Part shown: positions 36,130 through 48,479 of the stretch, piece after piece
How positions within the stretch are numbered: position 1 is the first letter of the stretch
Layout of the letters: every line of letters begins with the position of its first letter
NCBI GenBank assembly: GCA_951406725.2
Contig: OX597817.1
Coordinates: forward strand, 96,844,001-96,908,000
Reading direction: 5' to 3'
Origin: Octopus vulgaris
Lineage: Eukaryota
Length of the DNA stretch: 64,000 nt
Translations under genes and position numbers: made by a program
Notes under the pieces: model-generated
The model's input: the letters and a program-made list of their open reading frames with translations, nothing else
Told to the model about the DNA's origin: nothing
Databases searched by the model: none

Positions 36130-36750
36130 GAGTTCCTGTGTATACTTAGTGTTTATTGCTCCTGCACATCTGCAACAAAATCTATTTTCTCTTAATCTTT
36201 CAGTGATTCTACTGTACCTCTTGTTTGTCCATTTTGCAGTGGTCCACATGATTGGGAAGTAACCTTTATCAGTATTGAAAGAGGCTTTACTGAAATTCAT
36301 CAGTATTGAAAGAGGCTTTACTGAAATTAATAAGGACTTTGGTATTATCATGCATGCCAGAAAAAAACCCGACTGTCAAGGATTTTTTTTACCTTGGTCA
36401 AGTGTACTGACCTGGAAGGCTCTTTCTATGAAACAATGGAAGCATTTGACAATGCTGATGTTTGTGACCTAATAGGCCTTCTTTCTATATATGCTTAGTG
36501 AGAAGTTCCCTTCAACTAGCTTTTGCCTATATAGGGACAAAACCTTGACATTATCAAGGAGGGCAAATGGCCACACATTCATTGGGCTTGGGAAAAAATC
36601 TAACTCATGCCTTTGATTCTGGTGGGATCAAAGTCACAATGGAGACTAACTTAAAAGTGGCTGATTTTCTGGATGTGATAGTGGATCTAGACACAAGTTC
36701 CTATAAACCTTACAGAAACCAAATGAGAGGGTAACATGTATGAATGATAG
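36130..36750 (+). mobile_element. Degenerate Penelope-like RT fragment
   Basis: Manual reading gives IMHARK, LYRD and DFLDV.VDL.TSSYKPYR..NE, typical of PLE RT. Confidence 0.55.
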
Positions 36751-37359
36751 CGTAAATTTTTTTTATTTATTTAGTTTTTATCACATCTTTTTTAGTAAGT
36801 GAGTGTGTGAGTGATTTACTGAGAGAGAGAGGAGAGATAGGTGTTGTCATGTATGTTTAAAATGGATAGGATCTGTTACAAACACACACAAACACAAACG
36901 TCTACCATGTATACATATATGCATAAATACATATGCATACATGTTTCTCAAGTGAATGAGCATTTAAAATTTTTTAAATGGTGCCACACACTTTCTCCCT
37001 CTCTCTCACTCACACACAGAGCAAGACACCTTCTCTCTCTTTGACAACACCTCTCTCTCTTTCAGTCAAACACACAATTAGCAAAAAAAGATGTGAGAAA
37101 AAGTAAATAAATAAAATTCTCTCTCTTTCTCTCACACACACACACTCTTTCTCTCTCTCCCTCTTTCCGACAACATACTCCTCTCTCTCTCTCTCTGTCA
37201 ATTACTCACACTCAAAAAGGATGGGAGGAAAAACAAATAAAAAATGTATGCTGTTCTTTCCCTCACACACACACACGCACGCAAACACACAAACACACAC
37301 ACAACACACATTTTCTGTCTCGCACCCCTCATCAACATACACACGCGTCCCTCACGGAC

Positions 37360-37409
37360 TTTGTCAGTGAACAGGTCGCGGATTTTAGCGACGAAAATAT
37401 TTTGACAAA
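37360..37409 (+). ncRNA. Type I hammerhead ribozyme, G3-C8 variant
   Basis: TTTGTCA-GTGAACA-G-GTCGC-GGATTTTA-GCGAC-GAA-AATATT-T-TGACAAA. Perfect 7-bp stem I, 5-bp stem II, palindromic stem III. Confidence 0.8.
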
Positions 37410-37914
37410 TTAAACTCGTAAATGTTGAAGTGAATCGAACGGCTTTTGTGTATTTCTTAAATGACTTACAAACACCTTCTACGCTGCAATTATTTTCGTT
37501 CCAGCACACGATCTCAGATCAAATCACTTGCTATGTGAGTACATCTCCGAAATAAATAATGTCTGCAAAGTACTGTTTGAGTTTGTGGATGTTTCTCTAA
37601 GACTGAAGCGATACATACACTCACACACCCACACACACATCTTCTGGTGTAAGGGAGACAATCAATTTCTGACTATTACTTCGCAAAGAGTTACCTCCCT
37701 TCTAACTATAGAAGGTTTTTTTTTTCTGACCTTCTGAACCTGGATGCCCCATTACTCCATAAGTGATAAATCTAAAGATTGTAGAACCTTCTGTGAAACA
37801 TAAGGGATATATTTGCTGAGCATGAACGAAATTGGATGAAAAATATTGATTTTACATGGTATCAAGCTAAAGGTCAGTCTCACACACACATACACCTTAC
37901 GTCTTATATATATG

Positions 37915-38326
37915 TCTGTGTATATATATAAGGCAAGATGTGTGTGCGTGTATGTGTGTGTGTGTACGTGATTGTAGTTTATGTACATCCACAAATTTGC
38001 ACGCATGTCGCTCAAATTTTAGGAGGATATTCGTCAACATTATCTGGGTTTTGTCAACTTATTTTTTTCCTGAGGCACCCGTGGATAGCGTAAAATTCTA
38101 TTTTCAACCATAGCTTTTAGCCATAAAAAATATCAGCCATTGCTTTTTGACGGCGTCTAACAAAAAAAAAAAGATAAAGAAAAGTGGAAGAAAGAGGCAG
38201 AGAGTTTCACGGGAAAGACAAAGTGAGAGAGGGAGAGAGAGATTACTTAGTTTGGTTTGAAATAAAGAACTTGATTAGCTTAATAATCATAACTTAATCC
38301 TGGGCAAGGCCGGGTTATACTGCTAG
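37915..38326 (+). mobile_element. Non-autonomous Helitron (second copy)
   Basis: Shares 5' and 3' ends with 32959-33481. Ends CCTGGGCAAGGCCGGG..CTAG|T. Confidence 0.75.
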
Positions 38327-38335
38327 TATATATAT

Positions 38336-38499
38336 AATCAAAATAAACAACAAGGATATCCAGAGGTAATGCAGTACGATCGTTTCATGCGACTCCATTT
38401 AATTGAACAATGCAAATATTTGCATTGTTCAATTAAATGGAGTCACATGAAATGATTGTACTGCATTACCTCTGGATATCCTTGTTGCTTATTTTGATT
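38336..38499. repeat. Near-perfect loopless 164-bp palindrome
   Basis: Arms AATCAAAATAAACAACAAGGATATCCAGAGG../..CCTCTGGATATCCTTGTTGCTTATTTTGATT, centre GCAAAT|ATTTGC at 38417/38418. Confidence 0.92.
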
Positions 38500-39144
38500 G
38501 TAATCACCCCATTTTGAATTATATGGATAATACCATACTAAATTCTGGTGTCTTTAACTTAAGTACCATATTCAACTGAATCTAAATTTTACTGAACTTA
38601 TATATATATACATATACACACACAAATGCACACACACATACATATATAAACACACATACACACTCAGGCATATTCATATAAATTATTCAAACATTTTTAG
38701 AAATATAACAAAAGCATAGATATGGAATGGCTAAAAAGATGTTTAAGGGTATATATATATATATATATCCGCACACACACAGACACATACACCACACATA
38801 TATATATAATCCATAACCATTAATTATATATATATTTGTTGTGGCAGGAGTACGATACCCCCTGATGAGAATAGACAGGACCCCTCCATATAAATAGCAG
38901 TGGTCTAACATAGTCGGCAGTTAGTAGTGTATGCGTGTCTATATATATATATATGTTTGTATGTTTATATGTAGGTTTGTATATCTATGTGTATATACTA
39001 GTTGTGTACTTTTATATATTTTTCTTGTATGTATATATCTGTGTATCTACGTATATAAATGTAAAAATCTGTGTATAAGTCTATGTACATGTACATGTGT
39101 ATATATATGTATTCATATATGTGTGTGTATGTATGTATATGTAT

Positions 39145-40750
39145 ATCATCATCATCGTTTAGCGTCCGCTTTCCATGCTAGCATGGGTTGGACGGGTCAA
39201 CTGGGGTCTGTGAAGCTGGAAGGCTTCGTCAGGCCCAGTCAGATCTGGCAGTGTTTCTACGGCTGGATGCCCTTCCTAACGCCAACCACTCCGCGAGTGT
39301 AGTGGGTGTTTTTTACGTGCCACCTGCACAGGTGCCAGACAGAGCTGGCGAACGGCCACGAACGGATGGTGCTTTTACGTGTCACCGGCACAGGGCCAGG
39401 CGATGCTGGCAACAGACACGAATGGATGGTGCTTTTACGTGCCACCGACATGGTTGCCAGACAGAGCTGGCAAACGGCCACGCGCGGACGGTGCTTTTAT
39501 GTGTCACCGGCACGGGGGCCAGCCGAGGCTGGCAACGGACACGAACGGATGGTACTTTTACGTGCCACCGACACGGGGCCAGACAGAGCTGGCAAACGGC
39601 CACGAACGGATGGTGCTTTTACGTGCCACCGACACGGGGCCAGACAGAGCTGGCAAACGGCCACGAACGGACGGTGCTTTTACGTGTCACCGGCACGGGG
39701 CCAGGCGAGGCTGGCAACGAACACGAACGGATGGTGCTTTTACGTGCCACCGACACGGGGCCAGGCAGAGCTGGCAAACGGCCACAGCGAATGGTGCTTT
39801 TACGTATCACCGGCACGGGTGCCAGACGAGGCTGACAGCGGACATGAACGGATGGGTCACTTAACCCCTGCTTTCTGATATATGATTTGATTTTGATTGT
39901 TCTCACTGGTTTTGCCGGGTCTTCTCACGCACAGCATACTTCCATAGGTCTCGGTCTCTGGTCATTTCCTTGGTGAGACCTAGAGTTCGAAGGTCATGCT
40001 TCACCACCTCGACCCAGGTTTTCCTTGGTCTACCTCTTCCACAGGTCCCCTCAACTGCCAGGGTGTGGCACTTTTTCACACACCTATCTTCATCCATTCT
40101 CACCACATGACCATACCAGCGCAATCGTCTCTCTTGCACACAACATCTGATTCCTCTTAGGTCCAACTTTTCTCTCAAGGTACTTACACTCTGTCGACTA
40201 TGAACACTGACATTACACATCCAACGGAGCATACTAGCTTCATTTCACGCGAGCTTACGCATGTCCTCAGCAGTCACAGCCCATGTTTCACTGCCATGTA
40301 GCATGGCTGTTCGTACACATGTATCATACAGTCTGCCTTTTACTCTGAGCGAGAGGCCTTTAGTCACCAACAGAAGTAAGAGCTCCCTAAACTTTGCCCA
40401 GGCTATTCTTACTCTAGCCTTACTCTACACTTTCAGCACACCCACCCCCACTACTGACTTGGTCACCAAGATAACGGAAGCTATCAACTACTTCTAGTTT
40501 TCCCCCTGGAAAGTGACGGAAGTTGTTTTCTGCAGATTTTCAGAGGTTAATGCTCCCGAGCATCTGCCACATACAAAAACCATCTTCCTAGTTAGCCTTC
40601 CTATGACATTGCTGCACCTCTTATGTGTCCATAGCTTACACTTGGTGCATCTTATAGAGTTTCTACCTACACCTTTTCTACAGATCGAGCAGGGCCATCT
40701 ACCTGAAGGCATTTGTGATTTGTCTACCTTCCTACTTATTAGGACTTTGG
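39145..40750 (-). mobile_element. RTE-clade LINE 3' portion: ORF2 C-terminus, minisatellite 3' UTR and (GAT)n tail
   Basis: MLRWMC..RRLRWYGHVVRM..RGRPRKTW motifs; Cys/His finger at ~40560-40700. Confidence 0.9.
39307..39855. repeat. ~59-60-bp minisatellite x9 inside the RTE 3' UTR
   Basis: Unit TTTTACGTGCCACCGACACGGGGCCAGACAGAGCTGGCAAACGGCCACGAACGGATGGTGC. Confidence 0.95.
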
Positions 40751-40759
40751 TATATATAT

Positions 40760-40800
<41 letters not shown>

Positions 40801-41859
40801 TATGCGAATATATCTATATATATATATGTGTGTGTGTGAATATATGTATATCTTTAAGTTTTGTCATCTTAATTTTTTAGTGGATTAATTCATAATATTT
40901 TTAACCTTTCTAGTGCAAATCCTTGTAGTTACTGTAAAATACATAATTATATTATTAATTAGTAATCTAACATTAATTACATACTACAAATAAGATGTCT
41001 TCATTATACTAAATAATTATATGTATGAATGCATTAATTTAATTTATTAATTAATTGATGATGATGATAATAAATGAATAGTTTTTTTTTTACATACTAA
41101 CTAAATTTAATAATCACAATAATAATTATTATAGTATAGTACAGTTTATAACTTGTATTCTTATTACAACAATATAATTTTGTTACTCCTGAAAGAATTA
41201 ATAAAATTTGGATATATACTATTTATAGTCTTTATCTAAAACGTAATATTAATTAAATTTATCAAGGATCAGTACTCAATCCTTGCTTTTGTTTATCCTA
41301 CTTTATTTTATTTACTAAGTCCTCCCTTCCATAAAATACGAATATAGGGTCATTTACTTTTTAGTTACTGTGAATAATCCTTATTTAAGTAACTTCAAAT
41401 TTGGTTACTTCTGAAAAACTAGTAATATTTTGATATCCATTATTACAGCCCAACTCTATATCTATGGGGTAATATAGGTTGTAGTTATTGTAGCTCTAAC
41501 TTTATCTTCTTATTTATTATGAAAGTCTTCCTCCAATAAATTAAGTAAATAAAGAACATTTTCGTTAGGTTTCTCTTTATATTTATTACAGAATTCTCCT
41601 TTTGATAAACTAAATAAAGAACATTTTTTTGTTAGTTACCTTAAACAATTTTTTTAATATCAATAACTTTAAATAAGAGTGGTGATGCATTACCAATATA
41701 ATACTGTATTATCATTTATATTTATTTACATGTTTTATTACAGTCTCTAGATTAAGTAAGACCCTGACACTTAATTTATATACCTATATATTGTTGTTGT
41801 ATGTTATTATAATAGCCAAAGATTGTCTTCGATCTAAACAAATTTGGATTAATATTATT

Positions 41860-42085
41860 TGAGCTGGCAGAATCATTAGCACACGGGGTGAAATGCTTAA
41901 TGGTATTTCGTCTGCCATTATGATCTGAGTTCAAATTCTGCTGAGGTTGGCTTTGCCTTTCATCCTTTCAGGGTCGATTAAATAAGTACAAGTTGCACAC
42001 TGGAGTCATGTAATTGATTTACTCCCCTTGATTGTCCTTGTTTGTCCCCTCTGTGTTTAGCCCCTTGTGGGCAATAAAGAAATAA
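41860..42085 (+). mobile_element. tRNA-derived SINE with a Meta-domain-like centre (octopus OR1-like)
   Basis: GAGCTGGCAGAAT head, GAGTTCAAATTC B box, GCCTTTCATCCTTTCAGGGTCGATTAAATAAGTAC centre. Family name from memory. Confidence 0.65.
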
Positions 42086-43239
42086 ATATTATTTGAGATA
42101 TATAGAAATATATTTTGATAGTTATGGATTCTGTAGAACGACCGTGCGAAAGGGAGAGGTGACGAATGAATGACTCCTTTAAACACCACACGGTCGCCTT
42201 ACAATAAAAGCCAAAATGGAATAAATGAATAAGAGTGCCAGAAAGGAAAAGAGAAAGATGACACAACGGTTAGAAAGTTTAAGAGAAAGGTTTTATTTAG
42301 ATGCTAGCAGAGTGTGTGTCCATGTGTGCGTCATAAATACATAAGAACAATAATAGACAGGATGTCAAGCATACATAATGTGTATGTGTGTTAGCAGAGT
42401 GTATCTGTGTGTGCGCCAGTAAGTACATATATGATAAGAATGATAATAATAGACAGACCGTCAAGCATACAATAATGTGTATGTGTGTACAAACAGGGGT
42501 GTATGTGTTTGAGATAAAATACAGAGCATAGAAAGATGTCTATAACAGGACACTAGAAATAGTTCAGACACAATGAAGATAAATATCAGTTCATAGTAAT
42601 GAACGCAATAGTAGACGTTCTGTAACAAAGAAGCTGAGGCGACAATTGCAGAGCCGGTTGAACACATGTCGTGTAGCGGTTGTGGCTTCTATGCTGTGCT
42701 GGGTTACGTTGCACAGAAAGTACTCACAGGTTGAGCTTACTGTTAACCATGGTGAAATATTCACAAAAAGTGAGAAGTTAAACCTAGACAAAGTTGCTGT
42801 TGGTGTCTTTAAGATGATGGAGATGGAGGCATCGTTAAGATGAAGGCAACAGAGATGGAGGTGATGTTAAGATGAAGGCGATGTAGGTGGAGGTCCGGAA
42901 ATACTGCTCGTGTTAGTGTAGTCGCTGTCTGTTGCTGGAACTGGTTGTCTGTCGCTGGGTGCTCTGTGGTCAGAGGTTAGTCCTTAGAAGCACTAGAACC
43001 AAAGATGCTTGATTTGATCAATCGCTGTGTCTTATAGCAAATTATAGGCTCCAGCAGAGAATTTAGAAGACTGTGTCACGGGACCTTATCAGAAGGTTGT
43101 GATTGGTTGGGTTGCACAGTGGCGCATAATACAGCAAGAAACAAATTGCGCCAATACCAACAAATCAGAGGAGTGGACATAACAGGGCCAAAGCAGCTGA
43201 AGGTTAGCTGTTATCTGCTATGTCCGTATTTATGCTATA

Positions 43240-43560
43240 TTACCAAACACAGATGTTAGTGGGGGAATGGTTGGCCAAGTGGAAGTGACAAGCGACGGAA
43301 GAGTTGGAATGTAGCCGAACATCCCCTAGATGTTCGGTGAACCGGTTGGCCAGTCGGCGGCCCGTCTGACCTACATAAAGCATCCCACAGAGGTTGCATT
43401 TAATGCAGTAAATGAGTACAGTTTGTTGGTTGGAACCAGTGATGGAAGTGGTGTTGGTGGCAACAGGATATATATTCAGTTGAATTAGGTTGAGGTACCA
43501 AGTCAGTCCAGTAAGTATTGTCTGCACAACTCGAAGTTAGGTGAATAAAGAGCAAGTAAG
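43240..43560 (-). mobile_element. Penelope-like GIY-YIG endonuclease fragment
   Basis: LIYCIKCNLCGMLYVGQTGRRLANRFTEH..VACHF. Confidence 0.8.
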
Positions 43561-43836
43561 TGACGAGGATGTCCAGGTATCAGTGGCTCCATTTAATCGA
43601 TCAATACAAACATTACATCAAGCTAATTATAAAATAAATAAAATAAGATAAAGATACCATTGAGAATGGTTTTATAAGCTTGAAATCCCCTGACTTGAAG
43701 TAGCTTAAAAAAAGATAGATTTCTGAAAACAAATTGAGAAATCATAAAACCATATTTTTGTTGAAGTCAAATTTTAAAATGAAGAATGTAAAATAAAGCT
43801 GCAAAAATATTTTATTATTTTCTTTTCACTAGTAAA

Positions 43837-44162
43837 TCATGCTCTAGAAATAATTTTTTGAAGAGACCTGATAAGTTTGTCTGTTACTATCTGCCGTTGA
43901 CCTTTGATTGATGGTTGCATACATTCTTTGATAAGATCACCTAAAAACCACTTTTGCTCAATGTTCCAAGGTATGTGATGTAAGAGACCATATGTAGTAG
44001 CACCAGAGTATGCATACTTAGATAGCAGGCTGCGACAAACACCATAATAATTGTGGTCTGCATCTAAATGCAAACATAACTGTTTGTCAGAGAAACTAAT
44101 GCAATCTGAATCACATTCATCATAGACACTCTCTGCTGGTTGGTTCCATCCAGGGGGTTTCA
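43837..44162 (-). CDS. DIPK2A: Divergent protein kinase domain 2A (C3orf58/DIA1), last coding exon
   Basis: ttccag acceptor, phase 1. KPPGW..ES.YDEC..DCISFS...LC....DHNYYGVCRSLLS..GLLH.IP..EC..P matches the DIPK2A C-terminus as recalled. TGA at 43837-43839. Confidence 0.9.
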
Positions 44163-45217
44163 CTGGAACAACAGAAATATCAAAATCACAAAAAGTACGA
44201 ATCACTAGTTTTGAAGATGAGGAACAATAATTATTTGGAAATTCAAATGGAGAAATAGCAGAATAACTGGTTGTGCCAGACCCTTGAGAACTATCATAAA
44301 TACAGATGACAAGAATTTAATGATTCAGAGACATAGGGCATTTTGCATCTTAATGATATTGTTTTTAATTACAGAATCTTTTGAAGTTTAAAGGTAATAA
44401 GAATGAGTCACAAAGGCTAAGGTAGCAGGCACATCTAAAGAGAAAATTAGTTCACTATGCAGGAAAGGCACTAAGAATGTGAAATCAGTGAAAATGAGAT
44501 ACTGTAGCTTCTAGTAGATTTAAGCTCTTATATGTGAGATAAGAGAAAGCTGTCAAAGCAAAGTGGATAATATGTAGGTAAATGTCTAAAATCCAAGAAA
44601 CCTGATGAGGGTCTACATTAGTAATAATGGTAATGGTTAATCCAAGCAAGTTTGTTGGGTGTCAATAAATTTGGTTTACATGACAAATGAAAAAAAGAGA
44701 AAAACTTTTGCTTTGAGCTATAATGCTCCATTGGAATGTAATGTTGAAGTAATACAAGATGGAAGTCCAAAAGGAATGTGAATAAATTATATAGAAAGAA
44801 AGAGGAGGAAAAAGTAATCACTATAAATTAGAGATGTGTGAAATAAGGGTAATAAAATGGGGTAAGGGATAAGGGAAAGAGCAAAGTGATTTGTGTTAGA
44901 GCTATTAGCCAGACTATCAAGCCATTGATGTAGACATTGTAAGCTGACTGAGAGTCTTCAGAACTTGGTGTTGGAAAACTCTAAAGATAGAGAAAGAGGA
45001 GGAGGTGAGGAAGTAAAATAGCAAGCTACAGGTTTCAGAAAATTCTGGATTTTATTTTAGATACAAAGGTGATGTTTCTGGAACCAATTACTCAGGTAGC
45101 AAGTGGTTTCACCTCTATACAAAGCATTACAGTAAAAGCATGTGATATAGCATGCTAAATTAGCAGAGATGCAATAAAAGTAGCCAGAACAGAGAACCCC
45201 TTGATTAGGAGGATATA

Positions 45218-45606
45218 CTCTTTACTCTCTTACTTGTTTCAGTTATTTGACTGCAGCCATGCTGGAGTGCCACCTTTAGTTGAATAAATCGACCCCCAGG
45301 ACTTATTCTTTGTAAGCCTAGTACTTATTCTATCGGTCTCTTTTGCTGAACTACTAAGTTACTAGGATGTAAACATACCAACATTGGTTGTCAAGCAATG
45401 GTGGGGGGACAAACACAAACACACAAATACACAAACACACACACACACACATGAAGAGCTTCTTTCAGTTTCTGTCTACTGAATCCACTCACAAGGCTTT
45501 GTTCAGTCCAAGGCTATAGAAGACACTTGCCTAAGGTGCCATGCAGTGGGACTGAACCTGGAACCATGTGGTTAGGAAGCAAGCTTCTTACCACACAGCC
45601 ACTCCT
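45218..45606 (-). mobile_element. OR2-like SINE
   Basis: Same head, core and tail as 27560-27987. Confidence 0.8.
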
Positions 45607-46480
45607 GTAGGTTTTTGTTACATTTAAAGGAGAGATGTGGAAGTTGATGGAAAAGAGTGGAAGGTAGTGGCAGAGTTGAAGTGTGAAAGGTGATATAGTA
45701 GAGCAGAAGGGTAATGGAGTGGAAGATGAAAGGACTATTTTTCATGGGTAGACATGTATGGGGAAGAAGGTCAGTGATATGGTTGAAAGCTTGGACTTGA
45801 CTGCAGGATTAGGATACACCCAAGCAAGCAGAAAGTGGTGCCTTTTGATTTGATTTTAAAATCATAGTCACTGAAAGAAGGGGATGGTTTGTATAAAAAG
45901 GCAGAGAGTTAAGGTTGGTGATAGAAACAGATATCTGAGAAATTGCTGGAGGTATCCAAGATGTTGAAAGTGAATTCCAGTGTAGAGTGGAGGACATTTG
46001 CAAAGGAAACAAAGGTGTGCAAGTCCTTGGTGAGTAAAATGGCATGAATATAAAGACTGAATAGATTAATAGTTGGTCCAGTTACTGAGCAAAAATTAGA
46101 GCATCAAGATAGGTTAGTTTAATTAGAAGTTATCTTTGTGCTGATGAGCATTTCAGCAACCTGATGACAGAACTCTCTTGTAAAAAAGAAGCAGTTTAAT
46201 GTAAGAATGAGTTTAGTGAGGCAAGAACTTAAGGATTAAGATGACTGACTTGTCTTTACCATTATACAATATGTATATGTATCAGTTTTACTATGGCAAT
46301 CAAACTTTCCTAGATAAGGTGTAGGTTGCTTGGCTAAAGAGGAGAGAATGCAAATTAACTCATTAGTGTTGTGCTCATAATTTTTCTACTACTTCCAGAA
46401 AGAGAAGTGGGATGGAGAGAGTTCAGAATCAAAACGACAATTTATGTTATTGAAAAAATACTTGAATTTATAGAACTTAC

Positions 46481-46658
46481 ATTTTGCTAGCTCTAGTCTG
46501 TCAACCACAATGATATTCTCAACATCCACAATTTTCACCTGACCTTTTGAGTTTACAGCTAAGTTGTCCATTTTTATATCAGTCCAATAAAGAGACCAAC
46601 CATCAGAGCTGTTGGATAGTTTCACTGCCATCATTAAAATTTGTAATGTTAGGTTAGC
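46481..46658 (-). CDS. DIPK2A: DIPK2A penultimate coding exon (kinase-like core)
   Basis: ttttcag|..|gtaagt. Encodes ANLTLQILMMAVKLSN..WSLYWTDIKMDNLAV..GQVKIVDVENIIVVDR. The phase-1 donor joins in frame to 44162. Confidence 0.9.
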
Positions 46659-48479
46659 CTGAAAAATATGGGGATACAAAATAAAATGGAATACAGAAAT
46701 GAAATTAATTTGAATGAACAAATATTATATATTCACATTGACAATTCTTGTAGGAAATTTTGGAATCAAATTTACCTAGATTTAAAGATATCAAGTTACA
46801 GAAAATTTCGAAATAATAAAGATGGCAAATAAGAAAAAAGACAAAAGCAAGATATCATCATGTTCATCATTTTGCATCCATTTTCCATACTGGGATAGGC
46901 TGGTCTGAGTTGGTTCTTATTTGGAGTTAAGTCATACACCATGTCTCACTCACATATTTTACTCACATAGTGGAAGGAACAGAGTGATATGAGAAAGAGG
47001 GTGGTAGAGAAGGGAATAATAGAAGAGAAATGGCATGTATATGTCTGCTGGTAAGACTGAACAGAAACACAGCATGAACGGAATGGTGAAGGATGAGAGA
47101 ATGAGAGGGTAGGATATGGAAGATGGAGTGAGAGAGATAGGTGAAGAAAGAGAATAATGTATGTTGTAAGCTGGAAATATGTAGTGATGTACTTGTTTAG
47201 AACTGTGCAACTAATAAGTTTTTCAAAAAGAAGGGCTATGTTACCAATAATATTTTAACTGAACAAACCTGATTGACTGCTGATAGTAAATGCCAATATG
47301 TTTATACAAGAAAGATAGAGACAGGAAAAGTATGGGCTGGAACTCTGCATCAGCCAAAGATTTGGTTTGTAGCCCTCAGCAGAGTGTATCATAGGAACTT
47401 CCAATTGCCCTCTATGCTATACTTCTCTATCTCCTTCTTCTTTGCCAAATGCCTTAAATAATATTTCTCTCTTTCTCTCTCTATCCTTGCACACGTATGT
47501 TGTGTCTCTTGTCCCTCCAAAACCAGAGTGACTGGTGTTTCATAAAAAATGTGGTGGATTAACAAGTGTGTGGTGGGGCTGAAGGGGTTAATATGTGTGT
47601 GTGTGTGGGGGAGGATTTGGCAGGTGCTCATATCTTTAACCCCATGGGTGAGTGCATATTAGTATGTGTATGGGTCCTCAGGATATGATAGAGGAAGGAC
47701 CAATAGTGGAGGTCCTAGCATTTATAATTATACTAGAGTTTGTAAGTAAGCCATCACATATTTTCTCTCATGACGTTTCAGTCCAGATGTTTAGACAGGT
47801 ATTTAAGAGTTTTTTAATGAAATATTTTTCTCAGCTATACATAGCCTGCACTTTCTGCTACTGTTAAAATAAAGCATACCATACACTCCTCCAGGATTCT
47901 CAATTTCATGTTGTAATTTCCTTCAATGACTGTATAGGCCTAGCCAGGGCTGTAACATTGAGTCTCACCTGGGTATTAGAAAGGGACTAATGGTAATTAC
48001 TCCAATTTCACAGATGATTAACATCTCTCTGAGCTTCTTCGTTGTCAATGGCATTTCTGACTATCTATGACCTCTCAGATAACTATTCAGTCCCACTGCA
48101 GATCTACATGATTTGAAATATAGGTGACTGACTATGGATTGATTGAATCACTTTGTAAGATAAGACCTATGTGAATCACCATATCAGTCATGAAATCAAC
48201 TTGCAAACCCTTTCATACACTATACATGTTGAATCAATTAGTCAAAAAGGAAGAATGTTGCATATAATTGATCTTTCATCAGACTTTAGATGGTTGACAT
48301 ATTCAACCTTGGAAAGGAGTACATGGCCACATGATCAACATTTTATGTTCTCATTGGGGTTTCTGAAGACAGTCTCTCTGAAGTCAGTATTTTAGGGTTT
48401 TGCATACAAGGCAACCTTCTTCAAAAGTTTTACAAACTTTCCTTATATGCTTCTTCCACTCAACTTTTCTGAAGCTAGT

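Noticed and set aside
38860-38900. CTGATGAG motif (similar ones at ~44600, ~46140 and ~52015)
   Set aside because: No properly spaced stem II-GAAA and no stem I, so not hammerheads.
39188-39906. Repeat-protein ORFs, or a CRISPR-like array
   Set aside because: Minisatellite in an RTE 3' UTR; no unique spacers and no cas genes; eukaryotic context.
40830-41830. Very AT-rich block suggestive of a NUMT or viral/Polinton remnant
   Set aside because: No mitochondrial gene or convincing protein motif could be read.
42130-43235. Possible solo LTR
   Set aside because: Could not define matching TG..CA ends or a target-site duplication.
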